IMG/VR virus record: IMGVR_UViG_3300028888_000101
Coordinates: 1-64,000 of that record
Reading direction: 5' to 3' (one strand)
Source of the DNA: a virus
Lineage: Duplodnaviria; Caudoviricetes
Length of the DNA: 64,000 nucleotides
The notes beneath the pieces are model-generated. The model saw only the letters and a list, made by a program, of their open reading frames with translations. It made no database searches and had not been told where the DNA came from. Positions 34,899 to 45,311 of the stretch are shown in pieces (position 1 is the first letter of the stretch; the number at the start of each line of letters is the position of its first letter). The position numbers were made by a program, and so were the translations under genes.

Positions 34899-35658
34899 AT
34901 TTCTTTAATCTGCCTGGAACAAAACCTTCAGGGCGGGTTCTTGCTCGAATATTTATTTTACCGTTATTGAAGAATTTTAATCCTTTAATGGATTCACCTT
35001 GTTTCTTTAATTTGGATTTAAGCTGACCTGGTACAAATCCAATAGGACAAGTTTTAGCCATGACTTGTTCTTCACCGTTTGTAAACCAATGAAGACCGTA
35101 ACTACCTATTTTAGAAAAATCTCCAATTCTTCCGGGTTTGAAACCTGGTGGACATTCCTCACAGAATTTTTCAATAGTTCCGTTATTATACCAATGACTT
35201 CGTTTACATCTTTTGGACATATTGTTTTTAGTTGCTTTAGTAAAATTAAGTCTACCTGGAATATATCCTTCAGGACATTCTTTTGCTTTTATAGATTCGA
35301 TACCATTATTAAACCATTTGTACTCAGCCATTTTCTGTTTTTGGCTATCTGATTTAGCTTTATTTTTGAAAGTTTTAGAGGTTGTATCTCGTCTATCAGG
35401 TAACATCATGTGCAGTTTTAGATGTTCAGTATGAGTTAAGAAAATAAATTCATTAGCCGGTCTATTATAATATAAACCCAATTCATTTAATTGCGTTGGA
35501 GATAATGTATTTTCTCTAAGAGAGCCATCCCTATTATGTGTTTCTAATCTATGATGACAATGCCATATCTGAGTATTATCTTTAATCGCTTTGTCATAAT
35601 TTTCTATCAAAGAAACATTTTCACAGCAATATTCTTTTAATGTATTTTCACTAATCAT
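34897..35658 (-). CDS. free-standing HNH homing endonuclease with repeated W(F/Y)xNG...PxG modules
   Basis: WHCHHRLE...FLT..EH..LH; four WFNNG-type repeats. Confidence 0.8.
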   Translation of the reverse strand: MISENTLKEYCCENVSLIENYDKAIKDNTQIWHCHHRLETHNRDGSLRENTLSPTQLNELGLYYNRPANEFIFLTHTEHLKLHMMLPDRRDTTSKTFKNKAKSDSQKQKMAEYKWFNNGIESIKAKECPEGYIPGRLNFTKATKNNMSKRCKRSHWYNNGTIEKFCEECPPGFKPGRIGDFSKIGSYGLHWFTNGEEQVMAKTCPIGFVPGQLKSKLKKQGESIKGLKFFNNGKINIRARTRPEGFVPGRLKK

Positions 35659-35735
35659 ATAATATAATTATAGAATTTTATCTACACCTATACTTTTATA
35701 TATTTTAGTAAATCTATATTAATGGAGGATGCCGT

Positions 35736-37439
35736 ATGTTTAAGTACGAACTCAATTACACCAATCTCATCCATTTGTCAAAAGTAAAGGTTAATGAGAA
35801 AAAGCTCAAGTTAACACTATATTTCGATGGAAAGATTGAAAATCAGGTTTTCGCTAATCAGAGCGATTTTGATGATGCTGTTGCAGAACTCGAAGACAAA
35901 GGACTTCTGCTCATTGGAGAAACATGGTACAATGTTGACCGTCTTTCTATCGTAGAACCAAATGCTAAAACAATCCGCTTTAACTTTATCGGTAACGTTA
36001 CTATTACTCATGAGTATGCAGACGTATCAGAAGTTGAAGATGTTATTGCATTTATCGAAGGCGGATTTGTTGAAATTAATGGTAAGTGGTATCAGGGTAA
36101 ACAGATTCACGTTGCTATGACTAACCCTAACACACTCACAATCAACTATGACTTCCTTGGTATGGATATGTTCCCTGTAACATACGAAGACCAGGCAGCA
36201 TTTGAAGACGCCCTTGATAAGATTGCTGAAATTGCAGAAGGTGGCGGTTCAGGTCCTTCTACAAAGAAAGTTGCTACTCCAAAATTCACACCTTCCGCTG
36301 GCGGTGTACCAAGTGGAACAACTGTAACAATCACATGTTCGACAAGTGGTGCAACAATCCACTATACTACAGATGGAACAACTCCTGACGCAAGTTCTCC
36401 AACTTACTCATCTCCTATCGCAATCACAGCTGAAATAACAATCAAGGCTATCGGTGTTAAAGAAGGAATGGATAATTCAAATGTTGGTAGTGCTCACTAT
36501 ACTGTTGTTCTTCCAAAGGTTGCAAATCCTGTATTTACTCCAAGTGCAGGTGAAGTAACAAGCGGAACTGAAGTAACAATTTCTTGTGCAACTTCAGGTG
36601 CGACTATTTACTACACAACAGATGGTTCTACACCAACTGAAGATTCAACAGAATATACAGCACCTATCGCTGTTACAGCTGCCGTAACTATCAAGGCAAT
36701 TGCTGTTGCAACTGATTATCAGGATTCTTCTGTTGTTACTGCTGCTTATACAATTGGTGTTCCAACAGCTGAGGCTCCAACATTCGTTCCTAACGGTGGT
36801 GAAGTTTCTAAGGGTTCTACAGTTACTCTTTCAACAACAACTCCTGGTGGTGTAATCCATTACACAACTAACGGTTCAACACCAACAGCAAGTTCACCTG
36901 TTTACGAAGACCCTATTGTTATCAACGCTGATACAACAATCAAGGCTCTTACAATCGCAGACGGTTACAAGAACAGTTCAGTTGTAACAAAGAACTTCAC
37001 AGTTCCTGCCGTAACATTGTATCGTTATATTGGCGATTACAATATGGTTGATGATGGTGAGGGTGATGTTGACCCAAGATACAAACTCACATCTGCTAAT
37101 GCGTCAACTATCATTACAGGTCTTTCTTGGCTCGAAGAAAACATCTATAACGCTAATCCAAGCGAAGATGCTAAACTTCCTGCTACTACAAGAGCGTGGG
37201 GTTCAGGTTCATCTGAGAAGACAATCCGTTCAAACTCACAGGCTGAAGTAGGTTATCAGATTATGTATGCTTATCCTGCAAGTCTTGGTGAACTTACTAA
37301 GTGTACAAACAACGGATTCGATAATACAGGTAGTTACACTCATGTAACTCTCACACTTGACGGTGAAGAATATCTCGTTTATTTCCTTACTACTCCAACA
37401 GGTAAAGAGGACCAGAACATGAGTTTGAGTTTCAACTAA
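35736..37439 (+). CDS. virion surface protein with three CHB_HEX_C/Fn3-associated repeats
   Basis: 3x P.F.P..G.V..G.TVT....T.GA.I.YTT.G.TP...S..Y..PI.......IKA. Confidence 0.85.
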   Translation: MFKYELNYTNLIHLSKVKVNEKKLKLTLYFDGKIENQVFANQSDFDDAVAELEDKGLLLIGETWYNVDRLSIVEPNAKTIRFNFIGNVTITHEYADVSEVEDVIAFIEGGFVEINGKWYQGKQIHVAMTNPNTLTINYDFLGMDMFPVTYEDQAAFEDALDKIAEIAEGGGSGPSTKKVATPKFTPSAGGVPSGTTVTITCSTSGATIHYTTDGTTPDASSPTYSSPIAITAEITIKAIGVKEGMDNSNVGSAHYTVVLPKVANPVFTPSAGEVTSGTEVTISCATSGATIYYTTDGSTPTEDSTEYTAPIAVTAAVTIKAIAVATDYQDSSVVTAAYTIGVPTAEAPTFVPNGGEVSKGSTVTLSTTTPGGVIHYTTNGSTPTASSPVYEDPIVINADTTIKALTIADGYKNSSVVTKNFTVPAVTLYRYIGDYNMVDDGEGDVDPRYKLTSANASTIITGLSWLEENIYNANPSEDAKLPATTRAWGSGSSEKTIRSNSQAEVGYQIMYAYPASLGELTKCTNNGFDNTGSYTHVTLTLDGEEYLVYFLTTPTGKEDQNMSLSFN

Positions 37440-37499
37440 CAAATTTTTTGCCTATCTTGAAACACAGGTAGGCAAATTTTATTTTAATGGAGGATATAA

Positions 37500-38198
37500 A
37501 TGGCTATTCCATTCAGTGATAACCTAGAATATCTCGGTCCAGACCCGGATTTTACCCGTCAGCAATATGCAACTATTGCAGACATGAAAGCCGTAAAGAA
37601 AGGTCGTATGCCTGAGAAATATATTGGTTATTGCCTTGAAGACCGTAATTGGTATCAATACGATAAAAACAATGAAACTGATGAAGTTCTTGGCAAATGG
37701 CGACCTTTTGGTAGTGGTGAAAGTATTCAGAAAGCAGCCCTTCCTGAAGCAAGTGAAACTGAACTTGGAAAGATTTATCAGTATGTAGGAATTACCGGAA
37801 CTTATACTCGTGGATTCTTCTATGAGTGTGTAGCCGAGGAACATACTACAACGGTAGATGTAACAACTGTAACTCAGTTCATCGAATTGATTTCTAACAG
37901 TGAACTTACTGTTCAGATTAAACTTGCAGATGAAAGTATTGTTGATACACCAGCTTATGAATTTGGTGGTGTATTCTATTTTATTTATGAAGATACAATC
38001 TATGGTGGTACAAAGGTTGAAGATGTAATCGTTGTTGCTGACAGTACAGCTTATACAACTGATGAACAGATTACTGCTCTTGGTATTACCTATGAATCAA
38101 CTTCATATACTTATTCTTGGGATAACATTGACGTATCTTCAGGTGGTGGAACAATTGAAACTATTACTGTAGAAGAAGTTGATGAACTTTTCGAGTAG
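37500..38198 (+). CDS. fibre/decoration-like structural protein
   Basis: LPEAS...GKIYQYVG..G.FYEC...W..IDVS architecture. Confidence 0.7.
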   Translation: MAIPFSDNLEYLGPDPDFTRQQYATIADMKAVKKGRMPEKYIGYCLEDRNWYQYDKNNETDEVLGKWRPFGSGESIQKAALPEASETELGKIYQYVGITGTYTRGFFYECVAEEHTTTVDVTTVTQFIELISNSELTVQIKLADESIVDTPAYEFGGVFYFIYEDTIYGGTKVEDVIVVADSTAYTTDEQITALGITYESTSYTYSWDNIDVSSGGGTIETITVEEVDELFE

Positions 38199-38214
38199 TC
38201 ATAGGAGGAATAAA

Positions 38215-39207
38215 ATGGCTGAGAAAAAATATCTTGATTATGAAGGATTGACAGAACTTGTCGCAAAAATTAAAGAGTTTGTTGGAGATGCAGGAAAACT
38301 TGAATTCAAGGGAACTGTAATTGATGTTGCACATCTTCCAAGTGTCGCAGCTCAGAAAATCGGTTATATGTATACCGTACAGACAGCCGGTAAAACAACT
38401 GCTGACTTTACAGATGGTGCAGGAAAAACAATTGCCGCTAACTCAGAAGTTGCAGCTGTACAGGTTGAAGGAACAACTGAAGTGCCTGTTTATTCTGTAG
38501 ATGCAGGTGCTTCTTATGTAACCGCTGACCTTCAGGCTTATACGCCAACAGGAACAATGAGTGCTGCAACAAAACTTGCAAGTGCTTATGTAGCTGATGG
38601 AACTGAAACTCATCTTATAGACGGTACTCTTTATGTAACTGAAGATGGTGCTTCATTCTTCTCAGTAACAGCTCTTGCTGATACATTTGCAGATTTTACT
38701 AAGGTTGCAATTGATGATGAAGACGCTATCGCAGAACTTGGAACTCTCTATACAGGTGATTCTTTCAAAGACCTTAACGCTTATACAGAAACCATTACTG
38801 GAAATGTAATGATGTGGTGTCTGCTTGGACCTGTATTCGATGTAAGCAACAAACTCACATTTGGCGATGCTTTTCCAAGTAATCCTGAAAATGGTGACAC
38901 ATTCCTCTATATGGGACCAACTACAACAGAGGATGTTTATAATGAACTTACTCTCGAAGATGGTACAGATATTGAAGGTCTTGGATATTATCACAGAGCA
39001 ACTGGTACAACAGACCCTTGGACACTTGCTTCTGAGACAACTGCCGATACAACTACATACGATTATGCAGAAAAAGAAACTGTAGAAAAGTATGTGAAAG
39101 GTGTAATCTATATTTATGATGAAACCGAAGGTGATTGGATTGCTCAGACAGCCGGAGACCAGTTTGTAGCAATTACAACTTCTGAAGTTGATGCACTGTT
39201 TGACTAA
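38215..39207 (+). CDS. fibre/decoration-like structural protein
   Basis: KKYLDYEGL N-terminus, ends IT..EVDALF; start at 38215 via AGGAGG. Confidence 0.7.
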   Translation: MAEKKYLDYEGLTELVAKIKEFVGDAGKLEFKGTVIDVAHLPSVAAQKIGYMYTVQTAGKTTADFTDGAGKTIAANSEVAAVQVEGTTEVPVYSVDAGASYVTADLQAYTPTGTMSAATKLASAYVADGTETHLIDGTLYVTEDGASFFSVTALADTFADFTKVAIDDEDAIAELGTLYTGDSFKDLNAYTETITGNVMMWCLLGPVFDVSNKLTFGDAFPSNPENGDTFLYMGPTTTEDVYNELTLEDGTDIEGLGYYHRATGTTDPWTLASETTADTTTYDYAEKETVEKYVKGVIYIYDETEGDWIAQTAGDQFVAITTSEVDALFD

Positions 39208-39324
39208 TCACTAAGCAAAATCTTCTAAAAACAAAATAACCGTATTCATAGCTAGTCTGTGGGTACGGTTATTTTTATATATTTTTATTATACATTCTTC
39301 AGTATTCTAAAGGAGGAAAAAGGA

Positions 39325-40773
39325 ATGGCAACGAAAAAATACCTTGACCAAACTGGACTTGCTGAAGTCGCAGGTTACGTCAACTCAAGATTGAAAACAG
39401 TTACTGCTATGCCAGTAAGTGCTAATAACAAAGCTGTTCGTCTTTACGTTGGTGAAGATACAGCAAGTTATCGTAAAGGACACATTTATCAGTATACTGT
39501 GAATACTTATTACGCTTGGAGACACGAAAGTCATCCTGGTGTATATCGTGATGTCTATACTTTGAGTGCAACACCGTCCGTTGATGATGATGTTTACGAA
39601 TTAAATGAAGGACATTATGAGCAAAATGGTCTTGTAGAAGCTGTCTATAGTAACAGTATTGAGTATTCTGGTTATAGTTGGGAAAGAACAGCTCAAGGAG
39701 ATGTTGAGGAAAATCTTGGTTGGGTAGACATCTCTCTTACGGATTTTGTTAAACCTGTGGACGATTTACCATATAAAGCAGATATTGGTGACGTGGTAAT
39801 TAAAGTAGGTCCAGGTACATCATATCCAAGAGGTCATATTTTCTTATGCACTGATGAAATTCACCTCTACGCTTGGGATTATGAATTCTATCCGGGAGAA
39901 TTTAATTATGTTTTCACAACAACTGATTCGCCTCAGGTTGGAGACCATGTTTATAATCCTTCAAGTCAGGGTGCTGAGATTACTAACATCACGGTTGAAG
40001 ATGATGTGGTTGTTGCAATCGAACTTAACAACAACGTAACATTCAATCGCAATTCTTCTCAAGATTACGATAATGCTGAATGGGAAGATATTACTGCTAG
40101 TGGTGGAAGTGCTGAAGATGTAAGTTATGAAAACGAACAGATTCCTTCAGCTACTAATGTTGAAGACGCACTCGATACAATTATCGGAAAGATTTATTAT
40201 GTAGACCCTGCAATTACATCATTTACAATGACACCAAGTACAGATACTTATGAGATTGGCTCTACTGTAAATGAACTTACTTTTGCTTGGGCTTATAATA
40301 AAGATATTGTAAGTCAGACATTAACAGACTGTACACTTGCTGATGAGACTGTTCGTTCTGCAACTTATAGTACACCTATCGATTCTAATAAAACATTCAC
40401 ACTTACTGCAAGTGATGGTGAGAAATCTGTTTCGGCAACTAAGTCAATTTCATTCAAGCATAAAGTTTATTGGGGTGCAGCTAGTGAATCTGCTAGTTTT
40501 GACTCAGCATTTATTCTTGCACTTACCGGAAAGAAGTTTGCAACAAACTATAAAGGTTCTTATAACATGAATCTTGGCGAAGGTCAGTACGGATACCTTG
40601 CTTACCCTGCTAGTTGGGGTACTGTAAGTGCTTGGTGGATTGGAGGATTCGAAGTTGAGACTTACGATTGTGGAACAATTGAGTTCACAAACGCAAGCGG
40701 CAACACAACTACATTCCGAATTACAAGAACTACTCAGCCTAGTCTTGGTAGTATCACAGCTGAAGTAAAATAA
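39325..40773 (+). CDS. fibre/decoration-like structural protein with C-terminal Ig-like domain
   Basis: KKYLDQTGL N-terminus; two nested insert modules; start at 39325. Confidence 0.7.
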   Translation: MATKKYLDQTGLAEVAGYVNSRLKTVTAMPVSANNKAVRLYVGEDTASYRKGHIYQYTVNTYYAWRHESHPGVYRDVYTLSATPSVDDDVYELNEGHYEQNGLVEAVYSNSIEYSGYSWERTAQGDVEENLGWVDISLTDFVKPVDDLPYKADIGDVVIKVGPGTSYPRGHIFLCTDEIHLYAWDYEFYPGEFNYVFTTTDSPQVGDHVYNPSSQGAEITNITVEDDVVVAIELNNNVTFNRNSSQDYDNAEWEDITASGGSAEDVSYENEQIPSATNVEDALDTIIGKIYYVDPAITSFTMTPSTDTYEIGSTVNELTFAWAYNKDIVSQTLTDCTLADETVRSATYSTPIDSNKTFTLTASDGEKSVSATKSISFKHKVYWGAASESASFDSAFILALTGKKFATNYKGSYNMNLGEGQYGYLAYPASWGTVSAWWIGGFEVETYDCGTIEFTNASGNTTTFRITRTTQPSLGSITAEVK

Positions 40774-40785
40774 GGAGAATGAATT

Positions 40786-43092
40786 ATGGCAATTAAATTA
40801 GCAGATACATTAAAGCCAATGGGAGATTTCCCTGCGGCAGATGCAAGTGATGTTGAAATCACGTTACATGATGAAACAAAGAAGTCTATTCAACAGGCTT
40901 ATGAAGATGGCGACCTCGGTGGTGGAAGTAGTGATGTAGACCAAACTTACGATGCAGATTCACCAAGAGCACAGGCAGGTAAAGCTGTTGCCGAGGCTAT
41001 TCAGGAAATATTTTTGGAAAATCCTGATTCGACAATTACCGCTCCGGTAGCTTCCACAGTTACTGTTTCTGAAAGTAAGGATATTTCTGGCATGTTCAAG
41101 GATGACCGAATTATTCTTCCAAGTGGTTCAACAATTAAAGGTCATGTGATTACAAACATGTCACACACTTTCGATAACTCAATTTCAGTTTCAGCCGGAC
41201 GTGTGGCAATTGACACATTTGACAGTCCTTGCGACCAAGACTACTGTTATGCCAATTCAGGCGTCACTAGCTATGCTCCTTTGAGTTCTAATGTAACAAA
41301 CGTTGTGGGAACCTATCTCAATGCCGGACAGTTTAATGGTGCAGTGACAATTTCTGATACAATTAATAACATGTATCAGACATTTGAAAATGCAGCAAGT
41401 TTCGATAGACCAATTACAATTCCTTCAGGAGTTACCAATCTCACTTCCACATTTAAGGGAGCTTCTTCTTTTAATCAACCAATTACAATCCCTTCTGGAG
41501 TTACAGACCTCAATTCTACTTTTAATGGTGCTGCAGCTTTCAACCAACCTATCACTATTCCTGCTGGAGTTACAGACCTCAATTCTACCTTCAAGGGAGC
41601 TTCCTCTTTCAACCAGCCTATTACAATCCCTGACGGATGTACTGATATGTTTGATATGTTCAATGGTGCAGCAGCTTTCAACCAGCCTATTAGTATTCCA
41701 GATACTGTTAATACTATTGGTTCTCTTTTCGAAGGTTGTGCTGCACTTGATTGTGATGTAAGTATTTCTTCTCAAATCACTAATGTTCATGGTTTAATGA
41801 AGGGTTGTGAGAGCTTTAATGCAAATGTTACTCTCAATGGTGAAGTAACCGACATGTCTAGCATGTATGAGAACTGTTCTTCTTTCAATCAGCCAATCAC
41901 TATTCCAAACACAGTTACTAATGCTACATATGCTTTCTCTGGTTGTCCGAATTTCAACCAGCCTGTAGGAAATCTTGACTATGTTGAAAACGCCTCTTAT
42001 ATGTTTAATAATTGTTCTAATTTCAATCAGCCCGTAGGAAACCTTGACAATCTCATTTATGGCACTAATATGTTTAGAAGTACAAAATTCAATCATCCTG
42101 TAGGTAACCTCAGCAATCTTGTTGACGGCAATTACATGTTAGGTGTTAGCTTCAACCAACCATTAAACCTTATCAGTCTTGTTAATGCCGAAGCTATGTT
42201 TATGGGCTCTGGTATTACTCAGCCTGTAGGTAATCTCAACAATCTTGTTCATGGTGCTCACATGTTTGAGTCATGTCTGAGTTTCAACCAGCCCGTAGGT
42301 AACCTCAGCAATCTTGTTAATGGTACTTATATGTTTAGCTACTGTTATTCTTTCAATCAGCCTGTAGGCAGCCTTACCAGTCTTGTTCAAGGTTCATATA
42401 TGTTTGGAAATTGTGAGAACTTCAATCAACCTGTTGGTAATCTTGACAATCTTGTTGATGGCTCCACCATGTTCATGAGCTGTAAAAACTTCAATCAACC
42501 TGTAGGAAATCTTGACAATCTTGCTAATGGTTCTAATATGTTCTCGCGTTGTTCTAATTTCAACCAACCATTAAACCTTGACAATCTTGCTAATGGTTCT
42601 AATATGTTCTCGCGTTGTTCTAATTTCAACCAACCTGTCAATCTCTCTAACTTAACTAATGGTTTTCAGATGTTCTCGCGTTGTTATAATTTCAACCAAC
42701 CTGTTGGTAATCTTGACAATCTTACTGATGGTTCGCTCCTGTTTACTCAATGTCCCAATTTCAACCAACCTGTAGGCAATCTTTCCAATCTTACCAACGG
42801 TACTTCTATGTTCTCGTTTGCTCGCAGCTTCAACCAACCTGTTGGTAATCTTGACAATCTTACTGATGGTTCGCTCATGTTCTCTATGAGCAGCTTCAAC
42901 CAACCTTTGTATCTTGGTGATAAAATTACTAACATGCAGGAGATGTTGTCCTCTTCTCCTTGGAAGTCCGTAGTTCATCTTCCAACTACAGTGCCTCTGT
43001 CTACTTCTAACTATATCTACAATTGTCTTGTAAATGGTAACTGTGGTGTGACAGTTCCTGCAGCAAACATCTTCAATGACCGTGTTCTGTAG
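40786..43092 (+). CDS. DUF285/BspA-like 23-aa repeat solenoid protein (adhesin-like)
   Basis: About 24 FNQP repeats in two subtypes. Confidence 0.85.
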   Translation: MAIKLADTLKPMGDFPAADASDVEITLHDETKKSIQQAYEDGDLGGGSSDVDQTYDADSPRAQAGKAVAEAIQEIFLENPDSTITAPVASTVTVSESKDISGMFKDDRIILPSGSTIKGHVITNMSHTFDNSISVSAGRVAIDTFDSPCDQDYCYANSGVTSYAPLSSNVTNVVGTYLNAGQFNGAVTISDTINNMYQTFENAASFDRPITIPSGVTNLTSTFKGASSFNQPITIPSGVTDLNSTFNGAAAFNQPITIPAGVTDLNSTFKGASSFNQPITIPDGCTDMFDMFNGAAAFNQPISIPDTVNTIGSLFEGCAALDCDVSISSQITNVHGLMKGCESFNANVTLNGEVTDMSSMYENCSSFNQPITIPNTVTNATYAFSGCPNFNQPVGNLDYVENASYMFNNCSNFNQPVGNLDNLIYGTNMFRSTKFNHPVGNLSNLVDGNYMLGVSFNQPLNLISLVNAEAMFMGSGITQPVGNLNNLVHGAHMFESCLSFNQPVGNLSNLVNGTYMFSYCYSFNQPVGSLTSLVQGSYMFGNCENFNQPVGNLDNLVDGSTMFMSCKNFNQPVGNLDNLANGSNMFSRCSNFNQPLNLDNLANGSNMFSRCSNFNQPVNLSNLTNGFQMFSRCYNFNQPVGNLDNLTDGSLLFTQCPNFNQPVGNLSNLTNGTSMFSFARSFNQPVGNLDNLTDGSLMFSMSSFNQPLYLGDKITNMQEMLSSSPWKSVVHLPTTVPLSTSNYIYNCLVNGNCGVTVPAANIFNDRVL

Positions 43093-43188
43093 TAACTAAA
43101 GTTATTCCTAAAGTTTAACCCTATTATCTTCGTAAAAGAAGGTAATGGGGTTTTATTTTTCTAATATTAAAGTATAAGGAGGAATAAT

Positions 43189-43419
43189 ATGGTTGTTAGC
43201 GGAGGAGTGTGTGGTCTTGTTGCATTACAAGTAGCATTAGCAAGTTCAAGAACCTCTTTCAAAAATGAAGAATATTCTAGTAGTTCAAAGGGTTATTCCA
43301 CTCCAACGTTTAATGCCAGAGTTGAACCTACAAATTCTATAAATCAAATGATTTATAAAAATTATTGTATCCCTCAATATCATAATCTTTGTTCAGATTT
43401 TTCTAATATTAATGTATAA
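43189..43419 (+). CDS. hypothetical protein
   Basis: Promoter motif and AGGAGG RBS. Confidence 0.5.
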   Translation: MVVSGGVCGLVALQVALASSRTSFKNEEYSSSSKGYSTPTFNARVEPTNSINQMIYKNYCIPQYHNLCSDFSNINV

Positions 43420-43434
43420 GGAGAATTCTCAAAA

Positions 43435-44544
43435 ATGGCTAAAGAAGAAAAGAAATTACAGATTACTGTCGGTATTCCTGCTTTCAAGGCACAGGACCAT
43501 ATCGAAGATTGTCTATCTTCAATCAACATTCAGACAGTAAGAGATATTATTGAAGTAGTTATTGCTTCAGACAATCCTGAAGACAACTACGATTATCTTA
43601 TTGAAAAGTTCCCTAAACTGACAATTAAGACTATATCTTGTGAAAAGAATACAGGTCCGGGTCTTGCAAGACAGAGAGCACTTGATAATGCTACAACAAA
43701 TTGGATTACCTTCATTGATGCAGACGATGTATTTATGACACCGTTCAGCCTTGAGCAGCTTGCAAAAGGTATTGGTGAAAATGTTATCGAAGTTCAGGGT
43801 CCGTTCTATCAGGAAGTTCGTGGAAATCCACAGGTACGAACAGTACAGCGTAATGATATTGGTCATCCTTGGGTATTCGGTCGTCTTTACAATACTCAGT
43901 TCCTTAAACAGTATGGAATTCAGTTCAGTGAATTAAGAGCAATGGAAGACGGTGAATTCAACTGGAAAATCAGAATGTCGATTGAAGGTACTCCTTTGAA
44001 GATTAATATTATCAACGACCCTATCTATCTTTGGAGAATCGGCAGCGAACATTCAATCACAAGAATAGGAGCGGATGATAAAGGTATTCCTCAGTACAAT
44101 TTTGACCTTTGCCAAATTGGTGCTACACAGGCAAGTATCAGAGCAATCAAGTTCTGCCGGGAAAAGAATCCTTTCAATGGTGGAATTACAAGATTTGCAA
44201 CTGAAATGATGATTGGTCATTACTTTACATACATTGAATGTCTTGAAAGAAAACCGGTATTTGCCGAGCAGAATCTGTTCAACGCAAAACGTTTTTATCA
44301 TGAAGCATACAAAGAAATTGAACATCTGATTAACGATAAGACTTTGAAAGATATGTATACAATGCAGTATGCTGGTCATTCTCAGCAGCTTATCGGTATT
44401 ATTCCTCAGATTAGTTTCAATGAATTCTTTGATAAGGTGAAGAACGATAAGTACGATGGCGAAAACGAACTGAAGGAAATCCGTTCTAAATTCAGTAAAG
44501 AAATTCTTGATAACGATAAGAAGTGCGGTGTTGCAATCTGGTGA
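43435..44544 (+). CDS. GT2-family glycosyltransferase
   Basis: ITVGIPAFKA..IEDCL.SI, GPGLARQ.AL, WITFIDADD, EDGEF. Confidence 0.9.
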   Translation: MAKEEKKLQITVGIPAFKAQDHIEDCLSSINIQTVRDIIEVVIASDNPEDNYDYLIEKFPKLTIKTISCEKNTGPGLARQRALDNATTNWITFIDADDVFMTPFSLEQLAKGIGENVIEVQGPFYQEVRGNPQVRTVQRNDIGHPWVFGRLYNTQFLKQYGIQFSELRAMEDGEFNWKIRMSIEGTPLKINIINDPIYLWRIGSEHSITRIGADDKGIPQYNFDLCQIGATQASIRAIKFCREKNPFNGGITRFATEMMIGHYFTYIECLERKPVFAEQNLFNAKRFYHEAYKEIEHLINDKTLKDMYTMQYAGHSQQLIGIIPQISFNEFFDKVKNDKYDGENELKEIRSKFSKEILDNDKKCGVAIW

Positions 44545-44562
44545 CATCTGCTGATATCTGTT

Positions 44563-44650
44563 AAAATAAGGGGTATTTTAGGTTGGTAGTGTTATTATAC
44601 TATTTTCGCTAAATACCCCTTATTTTTTCAATCTATGAGCGTTTAAGGGC
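44563..44650. repeat. dispersed intergenic element copy with a 16-bp inverted repeat
   Basis: AAAATAAGGGGTATTT/AAATACCCCTTATTTT around the TAGTATAATAACACTA core (minus strand); CAATCTATGAGCG box. Confidence 0.7.
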
Positions 44651-44698
44651 ACATTATTATATATTTTTTATCTATTATTTCATTATAAAGGTAATCAA

Positions 44699-45304
44699 AT
44701 GGCAATAACGCAATTTAATATTTTTGAAGAATCTCAGTTTTGTGTAGGTTTCAATATTACCTTAGTCTGTGATAATCTTAGACCAACATCTGCAAAAACT
44801 GTAACATATCCTGACGGATTCTCACTTCTTCCTTACATAACATTTAACGTACTGTTCGTAAACGGATTTGCTGCGGCAAATACAGCTATGACAATAAACG
44901 GCATTCCTGTGAAAGTAAATGATAATGGAACTCTCAAAGATTTACCTAAAGTTGGTGCAAACAATGATGTTCTTCCATACGGTTACGTATTACCTTTATA
45001 TTATGATGCTACAAATAACAGATTCATTATTATAGGTAATCCAATCCTTACTTGTAATAGTGATTATATAATATTTGCTAACGGTACTATTATTTGGAAT
45101 GTTGTAAAGAACAAGATAGGTTCTGAACTTGGACTTACTGCAACTAATTATACAGGTAAAGCAACTACAGCGGCTACAGCAGATAACGCATTGGCTTGTT
45201 CAGGAAATGCAGTTACAGCTACCACAGCAGATACAGCCAAACGATTAAGAGTTCTTAGTGGAGTTCCATCTGGTGTACAAGCCGGTGATATTTGGATTCA
45301 GTAG
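44699..45304 (+). CDS. tail-fibre-like protein
   Basis: ATTAATADNA/ATTADTAKRL repeats; P...GDIWI end. Confidence 0.6.
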   Translation: MAITQFNIFEESQFCVGFNITLVCDNLRPTSAKTVTYPDGFSLLPYITFNVLFVNGFAAANTAMTINGIPVKVNDNGTLKDLPKVGANNDVLPYGYVLPLYYDATNNRFIIIGNPILTCNSDYIIFANGTIIWNVVKNKIGSELGLTATNYTGKATTAATADNALACSGNAVTATTADTAKRLRVLSGVPSGVQAGDIWIQ

Positions 45305-45311
45305 GTGATGT

